A DNA stretch of 54,522 nucleotides, filler included, from Dirinaria sp. TL-2023a (Eukaryota): the NCBI GenBank assembly GCA_051941275.1. It is 3 parts of 3 records of this genome, joined end to end, with 100 filler letters (N's around TTAATTAATTAA, not from the genome) between each part and the next. Parts side by side here need not be neighbours in the genome. Positions count along the whole stretch, not along the records: positions 18,253 to 36,387 come from JAVEBF010000399.1; positions 36,488 to 54,522 come from JAVEBF010000400.1; 1 more part is not named here. One strand, given 5' to 3'. Position 1 is the stretch's first letter, and the number at the start of each line of letters is the position of its first letter. A program made the translations under genes and the position numbers. The notes under the pieces were generated by a model. It did no database searches. It was not told the DNA's origin and saw only the letters and a program-made list of their open reading frames with translations. Positions 34,058 to 47,594 of the stretch are shown here, one piece after another.

Positions 34058-34726
34058 AGCTGGATTTCCTAGGCCTTTGGCCCAAGGTTTGAAAGGTATG
34101 CATGGAAGCTCAGGTACCTTACCTTATCGTTGAAGCTCGCTCCTGCAACAACCTTACATGTAAGATTACCGTACCTCACCCTAAGTAGAGTACTGACTTC
34201 CGGTAAGGTATCTCCAGTTATCAAATCCAGTAGGGCCGAACAGGTTGGGTATATCAAATTGCCCAACACGGCATTTTCCGAATGCTCGCTTGCCAAACTC
34301 ACCACATAACAGGTAGATGCAAGTCAACTCACTTGCACGACTGGAAATAAATATTAATGATGCGTGAGCTCTGCGCAATCTATCCTCCAATGAGGTCATG
34401 AACAGGGAGGCAAGAAGCAGTTCTAACGCTCTCATGATTGCAAACTAGGTTGGACAGCTCGAGCATTGGCTGTCCGTTGTGGTAAAATCAAAGGGTTTTC
34501 ATGCTGGCTCGTCAGTGGAGAGAAGCGATTTTGGTGTGCCCATGTTGATGAGTCTGTGCTTGTGGAACTCCATCGAAGAACAGCGTCGATATGTCGTAAC
34601 ACAGCTGTGGGCGTGAATAATCCCTATGCTTTCCATGCCCGGCACCCACGCTCTTCGGCCCTAAATCATCCACACGATCTCGGAGTACAGAACGTTCCCG
34701 AGCTTCAACTGTATCTTCCAAGGACA

Positions 34727-36214
34727 CTAGCTGCCTACCCTCCAGAATTTCCAGCCTTCTCTTTTTTCGTGGGAGCCAACTCCAACAAGCCTTTCCACCC
34801 CTTGTCTGCCTCTTGCCTCAAGGAACTTTTGCTGGTCTATCTCCTCTCCGCCCTCTTCGTCCGTGCCATTATGTAGTACCGCTGGCCACAAGACGCCAAC
34901 GCCATCCCCTCCCAAAGTTGTCTCAAACCGCTCGAATTCTTCCTCGTCCAGCTGATCTTGGAGGGCGTTAAGTGCGTCAGGTGCTACGTTTGGTTTTAGC
35001 AGTACAATGGCACTGCCACCGCCTCCGGCGCCGGTGAGCTTGGACCAGCCGATGCCAGCTGAGTCTACAAGCTCGCGGATACGCTCAAGACGAGGATGCG
35101 AAACACCCAGCGCGACGAGGAGGCCATGATTAACATTCATAAGATCTCCGAGTGTTTGTGAAGTGCTTGTGTCGTTAGGATCGAATCCGGGCGCGCTGAC
35201 AATGGCTTGCGCGGACTCAGTCACCCGATCGATGGCGTTCAGAATGTACTCTGTTATTTCCGGATAAGTCCTTTTAAGTGCGCCGACCTTTGCGACTTCA
35301 GTCGCCGTGGATCGCGCTTGTTTCGTGTTCACCAGGAGTAAGGGGACTTCAGGGAAATTGTGCAGTGCTTTCGCCTTGGGGGGTTTAGAGTAGTCGTGAC
35401 GCTTGAAGTGGACGGCTCTGCCATTCGTCGCAACGGTATTGTCTACTCCACTTGGATTTCGATGAATGCACAGTTCGCTTACGAAAGCCCAGCGATTGAT
35501 CCTTTCTATCTGGAGTTCTGCTTCTCCTGGTGGCTGGTCGGGGTGAGGGCCTGCAAGAGCACGCATCTGGAGCAGCAAAGCCGAGCTTAGACAGACGCTG
35601 ATGCTAGCACTGCTTCCTAATCCTGCTCCAATCGGAATGGTAGAACGAAGTGTGTAGACGCAGCCGGGGAAAGATTGCGATCCTAGAGAAAGTAGAAGGT
35701 AGAGGAAGGAAAAGGCTGCATTGTGATGTATCTTCGCCTGTTCGCCAGACATATTGAGGGAGAAGGAAAGGTGCGGCTGAAGGGCTTGGGTGAGATCGGG
35801 ATCCAATTCGGTCACAAGATCATAGTACATTTTTTTCTTTGAGGGCTGGGAGAAGATTGCCCAGGGTAGCGTGTCTAATTCCCAAGTATGACTGAAAGAG
35901 ATGTCAGGGAACCTGAGGGATACTGATCGCTGTGATTTTGAAAGAGTAGTAACATGAAGGTAGGATCTGAGAGAGACTGCAGCAGCCATTGCCGCTTTTC
36001 CATGGACCACTGCATGTTCTCCATAAACAATCACCTTCCCTGGGGCGGACGTCATGAAGGCTGGCATCAATGGTGAGCCGGAAATTCCAGGATTCAATTT
36101 CTTCCCAGCTCCATCGGCGGTAGTTGGGATATGGAAGGCGAGGGAATTACTGCTGCTCCGACGTGAAGTGTTAGGCCTCCTTTCAACCACATTTGATGTT
36201 CGCTGGTCTGACAT
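34727..36214 (-). CDS. ERG12: Mevalonate kinase, 495 aa, single exon
   Basis: SAPGKVIVYGEHAVVHG, GHMP motif PIGAGLGSSA, NPSGVDN and KLTGAGGGG. Confidence 0.97.
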   Translation of the reverse strand: MSDQRTSNVVERRPNTSRRSSSNSLAFHIPTTADGAGKKLNPGISGSPLMPAFMTSAPGKVIVYGEHAVVHGKAAMAAAVSLRSYLHVTTLSKSQRSVSLRFPDISFSHTWELDTLPWAIFSQPSKKKMYYDLVTELDPDLTQALQPHLSFSLNMSGEQAKIHHNAAFSFLYLLLSLGSQSFPGCVYTLRSTIPIGAGLGSSASISVCLSSALLLQMRALAGPHPDQPPGEAELQIERINRWAFVSELCIHRNPSGVDNTVATNGRAVHFKRHDYSKPPKAKALHNFPEVPLLLVNTKQARSTATEVAKVGALKRTYPEITEYILNAIDRVTESAQAIVSAPGFDPNDTSTSQTLGDLMNVNHGLLVALGVSHPRLERIRELVDSAGIGWSKLTGAGGGGSAIVLLKPNVAPDALNALQDQLDEEEFERFETTLGGDGVGVLWPAVLHNGTDEEGGEEIDQQKFLEARGRQGVERLVGVGSHEKREGWKFWRVGS

Positions 36215-36387
36215 CTTTTGGCTTCCTTCTCTGAAAGTTCACAGTTAGGCGGCAGGCGGCTCTGTTCAGTCTCTGAGTGGGCCCCCAATGGAAGTTTCAG
36301 ATGAGGGAAGTATACATGGTTCAATCTTAGGATTTTGCTCTATCTTTTGTACAATACATTACATTCTTATTCAGCACTAGGTACTGC

Positions 36388-36487
36388 NNNNNNNNNNNNN
36401 NNNNNNNNNNNNNNNNNNNNNNNNNNNNNNNTTAATTAATTAANNNNNNNNNNNNNNNNNNNNNNNNNNNNNNNNNNNNNNNNNNNN
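36388..36487. other. Artificial contig-joining gap (44 N + TTAATTAATTAA + 44 N)
   Basis: Same structure as 18153-18252. Confidence 0.98.
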
Positions 36488-36518
36488 AGGGTAGGTTTAA
36501 GAAGCGAAAAGAACTTAC

Positions 36519-36814
36519 GTGCCCGAGCGGAATAGGAAAACCATGCTTTTATTCAATCAAGATCGTATTAGCTTGCCGGTCTTTGGTTTTTTTAAAATTG
36601 CTCGTGAAATTGTGGATTCCCTGGATGGCTCTTACACAAGGGCATGAGGAGCCCGGATCTTGGCTCCATAGACAGCGCCATTGCGGGCGGCTTTGAGGAT
36701 CGCGAGGTATTCTGCGTAATTCGGATTCAGGATCAGACTATGTACAGACTCCTGGAGAATGATCAGCGCTGTAGGAGCTATATCGTAAGGACGACTTACC
36801 TTTACGGCATCCAT
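36519..36814 (-). CDS. PXMP4: Peroxisomal membrane protein 4 (PXMP4, Tim17 family), 5' part only; exons 36814-36800, 36751-36636, 36545-36519; cut by the gap
   Basis: Spliced sequence reads LAILKAARNGAVYGAKIRAPHALVMVFLFRSG. The next GTAAGT intron runs into the N gap. Confidence 0.85.
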
Positions 36815-37553
36815 CTTGAAAGTGGGTGGGAAGGTTGCCGCGCTGGCGGCGCTGGAGAATGGAGGATACGAGTGATGATTGATGCCACTGGTAACATGGC
36901 AGAAGGGTCTGTAGACCAGAGAGCAAAACTCTTTTCACAAAAATAAGGACATCGACGTAATAATGAGCGTGTTTGCGAGAGATTGAACCGAGGATTGCGG
37001 AAACACGTGAAGACCCAGATGCAGATGGGCCTCGGCACACTGTTGAAGGCATTCTGCTAATTCCGCTCCTCCGCAACCGCAGATCAGAACTGTCCAGTCA
37101 CTGAAACCCTGGAGAAGCCCTGGATTGGAAGATGCCGGTCCTGTCAGGCACACCGCGCAAGACTTCCTAGGACCCGCCATTGCTTTTAAAACTTGTCACC
37201 TGTTTATTAGATATCCAAGTATGGTACCTGCAGGCTCGGCTGACCATGTTACGGTACTTCAACTTAAGCTTACGGAATGGCCCGGGATTACCTTACCCTA
37301 CAGCGCTCGTTGACTCAGGCAAGGGACATTCAGATACAGCCGGTGGACAGTGTTTCAACCTTGAAATATATGTATATTTGCTATCGCTAAGCCAATATCT
37401 CAGCAAAGAATGTCGTCATTCGTGTCCAACTCAAATCGCCCATTACATACTACAGGAGCAGCATCTTACGCAGCAGCCTGGACTCCTCCATCCCACCCAC
37501 TGCGCCCGAGAAGTTGAGAGGCTGATGCAAAAGCCGGAAGACTATGAGATCCT

Positions 37554-40240
37554 CTATTCTTCATCGACCTGCATGAGGTCACTCACGCCCATTTGCTGAG
37601 CAAATTCGGTTCCGCGTCCGGACCAAGCAGACGGAACGGCTGATGGCGAAAGATCCTGGAACATGTGTTCATTACCACCATTGCCAAGACCCGGGGTTGG
37701 CTGGCAGTTTTCGTAAAGGGTGAAGTCGTTCGACGGCTTCGCAACATCCCCAACAAAATCCTCAAAGCCCTCGTCGACGGGACAGTCATTCTGGGAATAC
37801 GGGGAGTAGAACATCACATTCCCCTGGGCGCCTGGTGACAACGACGGCAGCTCGTCCATGGCTGGTTTCTCGACAGAGATGGATGGGTTGCGGCTAAAAG
37901 GGTCTATGGATTGCGTGTCGATTGATGCTGCCGGCGTGACCAGCTGGATGTTGTAAGACGTAAAATCTGTGTTCAGATTGCTCCAATCATAATTGTCCGT
38001 GAAGAGCGAGTTATCTTCTACCGATGGCACTGAGGTATCGAAGGAAGGGCCAGTGGGCGCGTTACTCATTGATCCTTCATCCCATGACAACTGATGGGAT
38101 TCCGGTGTGTATGGAGATGGATTTGCTGTCATGGCGCTGTTGTGCGGGTCATTCCAATTGATGTTGGGGTTGAAAGGGCCGAAAGTGTCCTCCAGGCTCA
38201 TGAAAGGTGTCTCGACAGTTGAGAATGGAGCAGATTCATCTGAGGCAGCTACAGAGCCACTTACTGAGTGACTCATGCTGCCTGGGCTCGTGTAGGATGC
38301 GTGACTGAACACGGGGCTTGCAGCATCAAAAACGTTGGAGCCGGGTGTCGTCATCTGCGCTTTTGAAGTGGCCTTCGTATGCTGTGGCTTCTTGCCGGCC
38401 TTGCCATTGTTTTTTGATCGGACGTAAGCCCATCCGTGAGCTTTCTCCATGTGTTGCTTGCAATTGCTCTCACGCTTGCTCTCATACGGGCAAGGGCGGA
38501 AATGGCATTTGAACATGGAAGGCGCAGCGGAATGTTTATCGTTCACATGACGATCTCGCTCTTTCTCCGTTGGCCAGCCATACTCGTGGTACTTACAGCC
38601 GGTCTCACTACACTTCCATGGTCGGGAGTGCGTCTTCTCGTGCTTCCTGTGGCCTAGTATTAGAGACAGAGTGGGATAAAGTGAGGTATAAACGTACGTC
38701 AAGTCACAAGGTCGCTTAAAGACCTTCTCGCAATCCCTACAGTGGTGGATGTCTTTCGGCGGTGGAGCTCCCTTTCTGCGGCGACCCATAGACCGCAGAA
38801 GATCGTCATCAAATTCCTCACTCGCCGATCTCTTGAAATCCTTCGGGGAAACTTTTTCACTGCTTTCCGTCTTGACATCAATTCCAGTGCGCAAACTAAT
38901 CGCTTGCCCATTCCTCGTTCGCACTAGCTCAACTGGTCGACCGTTGCGACTGAGACCGCCATGAAGGCCGAGTCGCTCGTTACTACAGCATGTCAGCTGA
39001 ATGAACTGTTACTCTCGGGTGGAGGGGTCCTGTACGCCATGGCCTCGTCGTCAGCGGTACCCCGTCCTGCAGCCATTCTTTCTCTCGCCGCAGTAATCAT
39101 TGCTGCATACTGTCTGACCTGCTCAGTGAGATCGAGGAAGTATCCATTAGTATAAGGCCTATCGGTGGGTCGACGTTGATCCGATTCATTGAGGTATTCG
39201 ACAGTGGTGTGAATACACTGGATCGAGGTCTCGCAGAAGTTGAGGAACGCCGATTTAGATATAGACCATTTCTTTACGCCAAACCCATGAGCCAAACGCC
39301 TTTCCCAAATGCGACGAGAATGACTCACCGGTGCTAGCCAGAGCAGGACCTTTTCGAGGTCCCGCAAACAAGTAATTTCTTTGCGGCCTACCCGATAAGG
39401 AATACCCTGAACGAGTGGGTGGAAATCTTTCAAGGAACTCTCGCGAACGATAGGCGAGATAATGTACTTCTGAATTTGCCGGCACGCATACTCACTCAAT
39501 GCATGCTGTGTTCCAATGGAGGAACTGCCGTTGATACCGGAACGGACTTCGCTCACGGCGGCAGATGGGCTATGCCCTTCATCTAGATTCATGTTAGATA
39601 CTGATCGGGGCGCGTGGCAAAGTGCCATGATTTGGTGGTATGGCACCTGGCAGTGCAGCCAGGCCCTTGCTAAGTCGCCAAAAAGTAGAAAACACAGCTT
39701 CGTACCTGCATCTTGTTTCATCTCGTCAGAATCGGTCACGCTGGACCCAATACCGCTGTCGGAACGGTGATGTTTGTGGGCGACTCGAATTTTGCGTTCA
39801 GGTAAAACAACGTGATCATGCGACGACTCAATATCCATGTCATCCGACTCAACACAGTGAGCGTCAAGCATGAAACGAGGAACAGGGAGATCGTCAGCCT
39901 TTAATGTATCCTGGCTGTCAGTCGAAAAGCCCTCCAAACCAGAGAGACTTCGATCAACTGCGCCAAGGAGATTGGCAATACGGCGCTCGCCAGCTTCGAC
40001 GGCATTTTCCAACGTCTTAGGGCATGTTGGAGACCTGCGTGGCAGCAGCGGTATGCTCACGATCGGGTCCTCGTCCTGAGCCGGAGGCGTAGTAGGGGAG
40101 TGAAAGGTTGAGCTTTTGGTTAAAGCGCGATTCTCAGCGGATGCATAGTCCTCTGAAGGGTTTTGTGTACGCAAAGGTTGACGGAACGTGGGATGCTCGT
40201 CCTTCAAGTAGCGCCGGCGGGGATGTAGTGGGGAAGACAT
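37554..40240 (-). CDS. C2H2 zinc-finger transcription factor SltA/ACE1-like; probable introns 39705-39583, 39328-39272, 39035-38983 (donor uncertain), 38697-38647
   Basis: SDSGIGSS, EITCLRDLEK, DRPYTNGYFLDL, LHGGLSRNGRPVELVR, and three fingers CRDCEKVFKRPCDLTKHEKTH / CSETGC..HVNDKH / CHFRPC..HMEKAH. Confidence 0.9.
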
Positions 40241-43200
40241 TCTCCAACCAAACAGTCAGGCGGCTGAACTTGTTTTGTCTTAGGAGTCGTATGACTCGGC
40301 TGCGAGCATTAGTAGTGCCAGGTACGCATATGGCTATGACTCACATTGGCCCAAGGGCTGATTCGACGAATAGCAGTCTCCTCAAGTTATCAATTCAGAA
40401 AAACGGTCAAGATGTAGTCAATTCTCCAATGAACTTGTTTCCTTGTTAATCTTGCAGCCTGCTCCTGTAAACAGCTTTGATGAACAGGGACGATAGCTTT
40501 GGATCCAAATGGAGACAGGTTGAGGTCTAATAGTCGATATAGAACTCTCCTGCTTAGGAACCTGTTTCAACAGATCGTGAGAGGTGATTGTTGGTGCACA
40601 GAGGCGGTGCTCAGTGGAGGGGAAGAATTGAGCAAGGCTGTGCTAGGGACGAAAGGGCAAAAAGATTGCTGTTAGCAGAGAGCGCTGTGGCGAGTTCAAG
40701 TCACAAATACATAGTGAAAGCAGCTGAAATCAATTGATGGGTTGTGAGGGCGGCGTCGTCGAGGTCCTCATATGGTGCAGGATTACGACCGAGTATGGCA
40801 AGCAGTGGAAGAAAGAAGGTCTGGTGGTGATGATGAGAGGGGGGATGATGCTGATTATCAACAGGACACGCTAAGCTCGAAGTTGCGCTGCTGCCTGATG
40901 CTCTCCCCGAAAACCGCCAATCAGCGCGAGTTCGGAATGCTTAATCAGCCGCGCTTCGAAATCTGCCCCAGCGGTACATTTGGACCTCGTTTTCGGCTTA
41001 GCCTTCTCTACCATGGTTCCCTTCGGGTGGCCAGTTGTATGGGGTCTGAGTCTGGCGATCAAATGACCACTTTAGAAACATAGGGTGCACAGCAGACTCC
41101 CAATTTCATGTATCTTACTTATTCTAATTATTATTATTTTAATTGTTATCGCTGGTCACGAGGGGGGCAAATGTGAACATCCTTGATATTTGGGGATTGG
41201 ATGTCTGAACGAGTTGTTCGGGCAGTTCGCATCCCACGGTAAGGAGAAAGTGTTTCTCACGCTTCCGTGGATCGAGGATACGCTTGGCGCTCTTGGCATT
41301 TACGACTCTGTGGAGTCATGTACACGTCAGTCGATACGAGTCTCTAGGACATGAGATGATGATCTTGATAAATGGCTCGAACAGCACAGGACTCACTAAA
41401 TCAACACCCGCTGAAGCCCATCATAACATGGACTTAATTAACACGTCTCGTTTGCCCCTTGAGTAGGGCCAGGGGAGCGAAATCCAGGTTTTGCATCCTT
41501 CGGTAGAATTGAACCGACCGATCTCGATTTAGCAGTTAGCACCCAGACAAAATCCGTACCGAGCAGCGAATTTTCCTAGGGCTGCGTTATTCGTAAGAAG
41601 TCCATTGGTGGCGCACCCACACCTCCCCGGGCCGCTATCATCCCACTGCAACTCCTGTCGTACCTGTCACCCAGAGCATCATCTGAACGGCTATCGATGC
41701 GATGTGCTAATGCAGTCAATTCGAACCGTTGTATGTATTGGCTGATCGGCATGCATAGGGATGAGAGTGATGTGTGCGCCATGCAGCCAACTGGGTGTTG
41801 TGACTCACCGCCCTGCCACTGCGAGTCCTGTAGATGGGATAGCCGGTCCTGTAGGATTTCACGCAGGCGTTGCTGGTTATCCATCCACGTCCCACGAGCA
41901 GTACCTCGGTAAAGGTTGACTCGATCTGCGTCAGAGTGAACCATGATCGTTCAGTCTGTCGTCGACCATCTTATGTCCGCCAGCCAACCATGAAATAGTC
42001 TAAATTTTAACTTGCCGAGTCCTGCTCTTACGTGTTCTCAATCTCGACAACATAAGTACAATCTCTTCAAGTCTCTATGTAAATTGATCTATCAGAGTTT
42101 CCGATTGTCCCATGCGACAACCACAAACATGGTCAATCAAAAAACCCCCTAATCAACTGCTTGAAGTATCCCTTCATAGCCTTCCTTTCGTCTCGTGATT
42201 GGTCACCGCCTCTGCGCTTTCAATCACCAACTGCTCATCTCCTGTGCCAAACAATTCATTATTCCGAGTTATCTTCGATCAGAGATCCACAGAACTAAAC
42301 ACTTCTAACGACGTGTCAGTAAGCGCTGGAGCCGTGTCGTTCGAAGTGATGTACCAAAATCTTCTTACAGATGTTTCGACAGTTTGAAGGTCCACAGAAA
42401 GTTGAGGTTTCATGGGCGACGGTCTAATATAAGCACTATATGAGCAAGAAGCATGTATTGCACATCTTATGATGTAGGAATCTAAGATTGAAGCACCGAG
42501 AAACAGCTGTTGTTATATCATGAAGTCATGGAAGCTCAAGTTGTAGTGGCATTGGTCTCCTTTTCTGAATGCTTGACATCGCAGTCGTTAACAGACAAAT
42601 GACCTGCGCCACAGTTCGAAAGCCTGGTTCGCTGCGCTTGGATATCAAGTCTAGTTAACAAAGACAAGAATATTGTATGCTTTGCTTGTAAAGCTTGTAA
42701 AGAGGAAAGGTATCTCCAAATGCAACAGACAATAAGTGAACAGACACTGTATCACAAAATGGTAGAGCCTCCAAGTACCCGTTTTTGCCAGAGCCTAGAA
42801 TGGCACAAAATCGAAGAAACAATCTGTTAACTCCCTCCAACTCTGCAAGAATGATCTTGATTCGTGGCAGCATCCATTGGGTAGACATCACTGCCGTGAT
42901 CACTAAGAGAGAGCAATACTACACACTAAATGACAATGAACAAATGCTTTTATTCCTCAAAAAAAGATACACATGGTAGATCGAGGTGATCCTTACGGGG
43001 CAGCCGGCCTCAGAAGATCTGTACAAGACTCCGCTTACCGAGACAACGACGGTTTCAGTTTGTAACCATGCATGTCCAATCCGGAATCAGACTGGATAAC
43101 GAACAACTTGCCAGGAGAAAGTCTTCGGGTGTTGGGTTGTCCTAAGCTGCATATCTCAAAGCATGGTCTTTCCTGACATCTACTCCCAGCTCTTCCAAGG

Positions 43201-43690
43201 AGTAAAGGCTCATGCCATGCATCGATACAGGAGATGGTCCTATGCGCGTATTCATCATTTGTTGTTCAGATTCCGTTGCATCTTCTCAAGCATAAAGGCC
43301 TCTCAGTATGTTGATTAGGAACAGGCAAGCCAAGTTGAGTATCTTGACTAAATCACTTCAGAGTGAAAGTCCCAATGCTCTGTTTGCCATAGACTAAGTA
43401 ATTCTACTGCAATACCGATAGAGTCTACCTTACCTTAAGGTATGGAGTATGTACAAAGGAGCGTGGGGAGGGATCGAATCCCAGATCGGCAGGTACGGCG
43501 GAAAATAATGCCGAGAAGCCGATGATTTTGTGACGCTTGTGACGCTTGCGAGAGTGACTTGCATTCTGGAAAAGTCAAGCAACACGTGAATCTATGTATC
43601 AAACAAGTAACGCTTACTTTTGCTATCCATTCTGTAGCAAGAATAGATGCAGTCAGCTCTTGAAGATTCGCGTGCCCGTACGAGCGCATC

Positions 43691-46084
43691 ATGAGCAATC
43701 AATTCAATTTTCCTCCACCACCACCGCCCCCTCCACAAACCTTCTCAAATTACCCAACGAATATAGATCGACCTCCAGGAGGTTTCGCTGACAGAGGTCC
43801 TCGTGGAAGCTCTGGTTTTCGTGGAAGAGGACGCGGTAACAGCCGTGGAAGTTCAAGAGGAGGATACGGTGGGAAGCCGAGTCATGCTTCTAGCTACGGT
43901 GGCCACCCACAAGGTGATGCTAGTCAAGCCGACCAGCGTTACGGGCACATAAATGGCTATGGTGCAGACGCGTACCAAGTGCCCAACTATGCTCCAGTTC
44001 AGCATGCTCAATATCCGATGAGCGCATACAATGCGTACCAACCACAGTACTCGCAACCGCATCCACCTCAGCAAAATCCAATACCTCCCTATGCTCCTTA
44101 CCCTGCCTACACCCCAAACGCTTATACCCCAAACGGGCACGCAGACTCGCCTCATCTCCATGGACGACCACAACAAGCTTTTGGCTATGCTCCGCATGAG
44201 CATAGCAGACAGTCCACCATGCAGCACCATCCGAACCAGCCCATGATGATGGGTCCACCCATCCATATTGGTCCTGATGGTCGGCCAACCGGCCAAACAA
44301 GTCCACCACATTCATTTGCCGGTCCAGCAGAAGTCAATAGATTACCTCTGGGAAACAATACACGTTCTACCCGGCACGACTCGCCTAATCCCTTTCCGGG
44401 TCGTGGAAGGAAACGCAATCGCACAGAAGCTTTTCGCAAAACACATGACGATCAACAGAAGTCAAAAGTGGCCCCTGCGGTACCCAGCTTTGGTAGTGCG
44501 CTCCCTGTGGACCTCCCAGTGAAGCCCCCTGTGCCCGAACCCAAGAAGAAAAGAAAGAAGAAACGGCGCTATAATCAGCTAGGTCTGACTCCGAAAACTG
44601 AAGAGCATGAGTCAAGCGATGAAGAGGATGATCAAGATGAGGAAGCGAAGCTAGCAGCTGCAGCTGGTGGGGAACCACAGCAGTAAGTAACCCAAGTTTT
44701 CCAATACTGAGGAATGCCTTCTTACTCATAAATACAGACTTCAATTCACATATCGAGGCAGAACATCAACGCTTCAATCGCCTTCTGAAATTGCTGCCTG
44801 GATTGCTGAACGTAAGAAAAAGTTTCCCACCAAAGCTCGTGCTGCAGAAGCCGCGGAGCGCAAGCGAAAGCATGATGAAGAGCGTCAAGCTGCAAGGCAG
44901 GCTGCAATAGAGTTACAAGCGAAGCGTAGAGCAGAGGCACGCATTAAGCACGAGGAAGAAAAGGCAGCCAAGGAGCGACAACGAGGAGACAAAGAGAAAT
45001 CTCCTGGTGAGGGTGCAGCTGATGGCGCCAGTGGTGATGCGAAGGCTTTAAGGGCGAAGGCTAGAGTCGAAAAACTTCGACGACGTTTAGAGAAGGAGGA
45101 GAGGCGCGTCGCCAAGGCTCTGAAGTCCAAGCCTGAAACTAAGGCGCAGGCGGAGACGTCAGGTCCCCCGGTTGAGCAAACAGAGTCTGGGCCTTTCCAG
45201 GAAACAGGCCACAGCGCGACTTCAGACGTTGTGGACTCAGCCACATCTATGGCCCTCGATTCGCAAATTTCGAACTCGATGCAAGATGTAGTGAAATCTA
45301 GTGACGGGACAGCAACCCAGACAGGCCCGCAAGAGCATGATGCCTCTATTGACGCTTCAACAGTCACAGACAAAGCATCGGCAGATGCAATTAGTATAGC
45401 AAATCCGTTGACACCCACGTCTCAATATTCGGTCCCTGACCAAGAACGTGTGCCGGTTGCTTTGGAAGGTTCTACTGAAGAACTTCCAGACACGGTCTCT
45501 GCTGAGCCTGTTGCAAACATGCAAAATCATAATTCCCCATCGAAGCTCGAAGGAAACCACGAGGAATCAGACTTGTCCATGTCTACAACCTCATCGGACA
45601 TTTCCTCTTCTTCAGAAGACGATGATACGTCCTCAGAAGGTACATCGTCCTCGTCAGACGATGCTCCCAAAGTCGCTACCTCGAAACGCACTGCTCCAGA
45701 CAAAGTACCGCCAGCCAAACGCGAGAAAGCCAAATCCAGCGACATCTGCCGCAGTTTCCTCAAATGTGGGCGTTGCCCAAGACGGGACCGATGCAGATAT
45801 CGGCATGAGCGGCCTGAGAAGGGCACAAAGCTGAAAACAGCTAGGTCGTCCAAAGGTGAGTTGATCAAGAAAGAGCGGAAGAGCCTTTACCAACGAGTAT
45901 GTTCTTTAGCTTGGGCCAAACACGTTCATGGATTCTCATGCTGACAATTTGAAAGCTCGTCGAACAGGAGCAACAGGAGGAAGACGAGCAGATTCTAGAT
46001 ACAATCATTGAGCTCGGGAACCGTGGGCTGTTAGCAGAGCCCGCCCAGCAGGAGTCAAATGACGCCGCCGCCGAACCAAAGTGA
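43691..46084 (+). CDS. NUFIP1/Rsa1-like box C/D snoRNP assembly protein with CCCH zinc finger; exons 43691-44682, 44738-45896, 45956-46084
   Basis: NQLGLTP, EIAAWIAERKKKFPT (NUFIP1 motif), CRSFLKCGRCPRRDRCRYRH and SLYQRLVEQE. Confidence 0.85.
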
Positions 46085-47594
46085 AACCCCCTTGGCGAGC
46101 ATTACTTAAGACGGAGTATCTTTTCGCGCTATCGATGGCCAGCCAAGCTGGTGGGATTTATCATACCTATTGAATGCATGCTAGAGACCTGCAATGAAGC
46201 CAAAAGGGGGGAGGGGGCAGCGGCTTTGACTTACACATGTACAAGAAAACGAATCACTTGGCAATGATGAGCTTTAGGCAACAACCATCTTCAAATAGAG
46301 AGAGAGAGATTCACCTACCTACAAGTAGTAAGTTACCTATACACGGAATACAAAGTAGCTTCCGAAAGCCATACGCCAATTGAGTCCACACAAGCATGGT
46401 AGGTACCTTAGTCTCTAGGCTCTCGCAACCCTAGATACATTAAGAACCTAACTAGTAACTACCTTACCACGCGGGCTTTAGAGCTTAGGTACCTAAAGGG
46501 GACCCTTTCCTTATCCATATATTAGGTAAAGTAGAATTTCTCCTTGCGCGTTTCATATTACTTTATCGATGGATGTACTGAGCCAGTGCTTCTTAAATAC
46601 TCGGTTCCATTCTGCATGTATCTCTCTCTCTCGGAAGATTCATGATTTTTGGAGAAAGATCTTAAGTCCATCACACTCACTCTTAAACCGCGCGAGACAA
46701 GAGTCTATGCCTGTATGCATGTGTGGGGGGGGTAAGGAGGTTGGGCAAAAAATGGGTTTGAATAAGTTATATCATTTTCACTAAAGTACTGCAAGGCGTG
46801 GTTGCATCATATCAAACGTATCTAAATCAGTATGTTCCTTTTTGTTACTATTTATGTGTTTCATAATCTTTGGCATGCTGGTCCTCGAGATTCGACTATT
46901 TGATGTCAAAATTATCAAAGACCGGACAGAATTGGTGCATGACTGGATTCGTTCTTCTTATCATAGCTGCGTTCCAGATCCTATTTTCTGGGTACGAACA
47001 TCCTAGACAGCAGAAGGTACCTCTTCGTGCTCTTGATAGCCAACCTGGGATTGACTATACCTACCTATTAATGCATCTTAGGGTCCTGCAATGAAGTCAG
47101 GGGAACTTTTATCTACGAGAACGATGATTTGGCAATGAGCTTGGCAATCATTTGCAAACAGTAGAGAATCACCTACGATATCATACATCAAGCACAATTT
47201 GCTCCAAAGTTTCGCACCATTCATCAGGTAGGGATGTCCATGTTGAAGATTGGATCGCATCTTGTCTGGACTCCGCTTCTAACATCAACCTCGCCTTGTA
47301 CGGTACGTGTATTGTAAAATTATGTACTTTAAAATCACAGGCAGCCACATCTTATCTGATCTGATCTGGTTCGGCAGTTGCGACGGGAAGACGGGACGAG
47401 ACACTGCTTAATAATGGCGTCATATTCTGAGGTCGAGAGCAAGGCAATTAATTGGTCAGCAAAGATGAAGAATCTTCCATACTGTAAGCACTGCACGTGT
47501 ATAAGTCGTAACTGTCCTCCAGTCTCTCATCCTCCTTGAAAATCACTTGCCTTGTCTCTCCCAGAGCCTTACGACAGTCGCTCTTTTCCCCGTT

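Noticed and set aside
40300..43600. Short ORFs between the SltA-like and NUFIP1-like genes
   Set aside because: No recognisable motifs or consistent splice structure. More likely a long regulatory region or 5' UTR.
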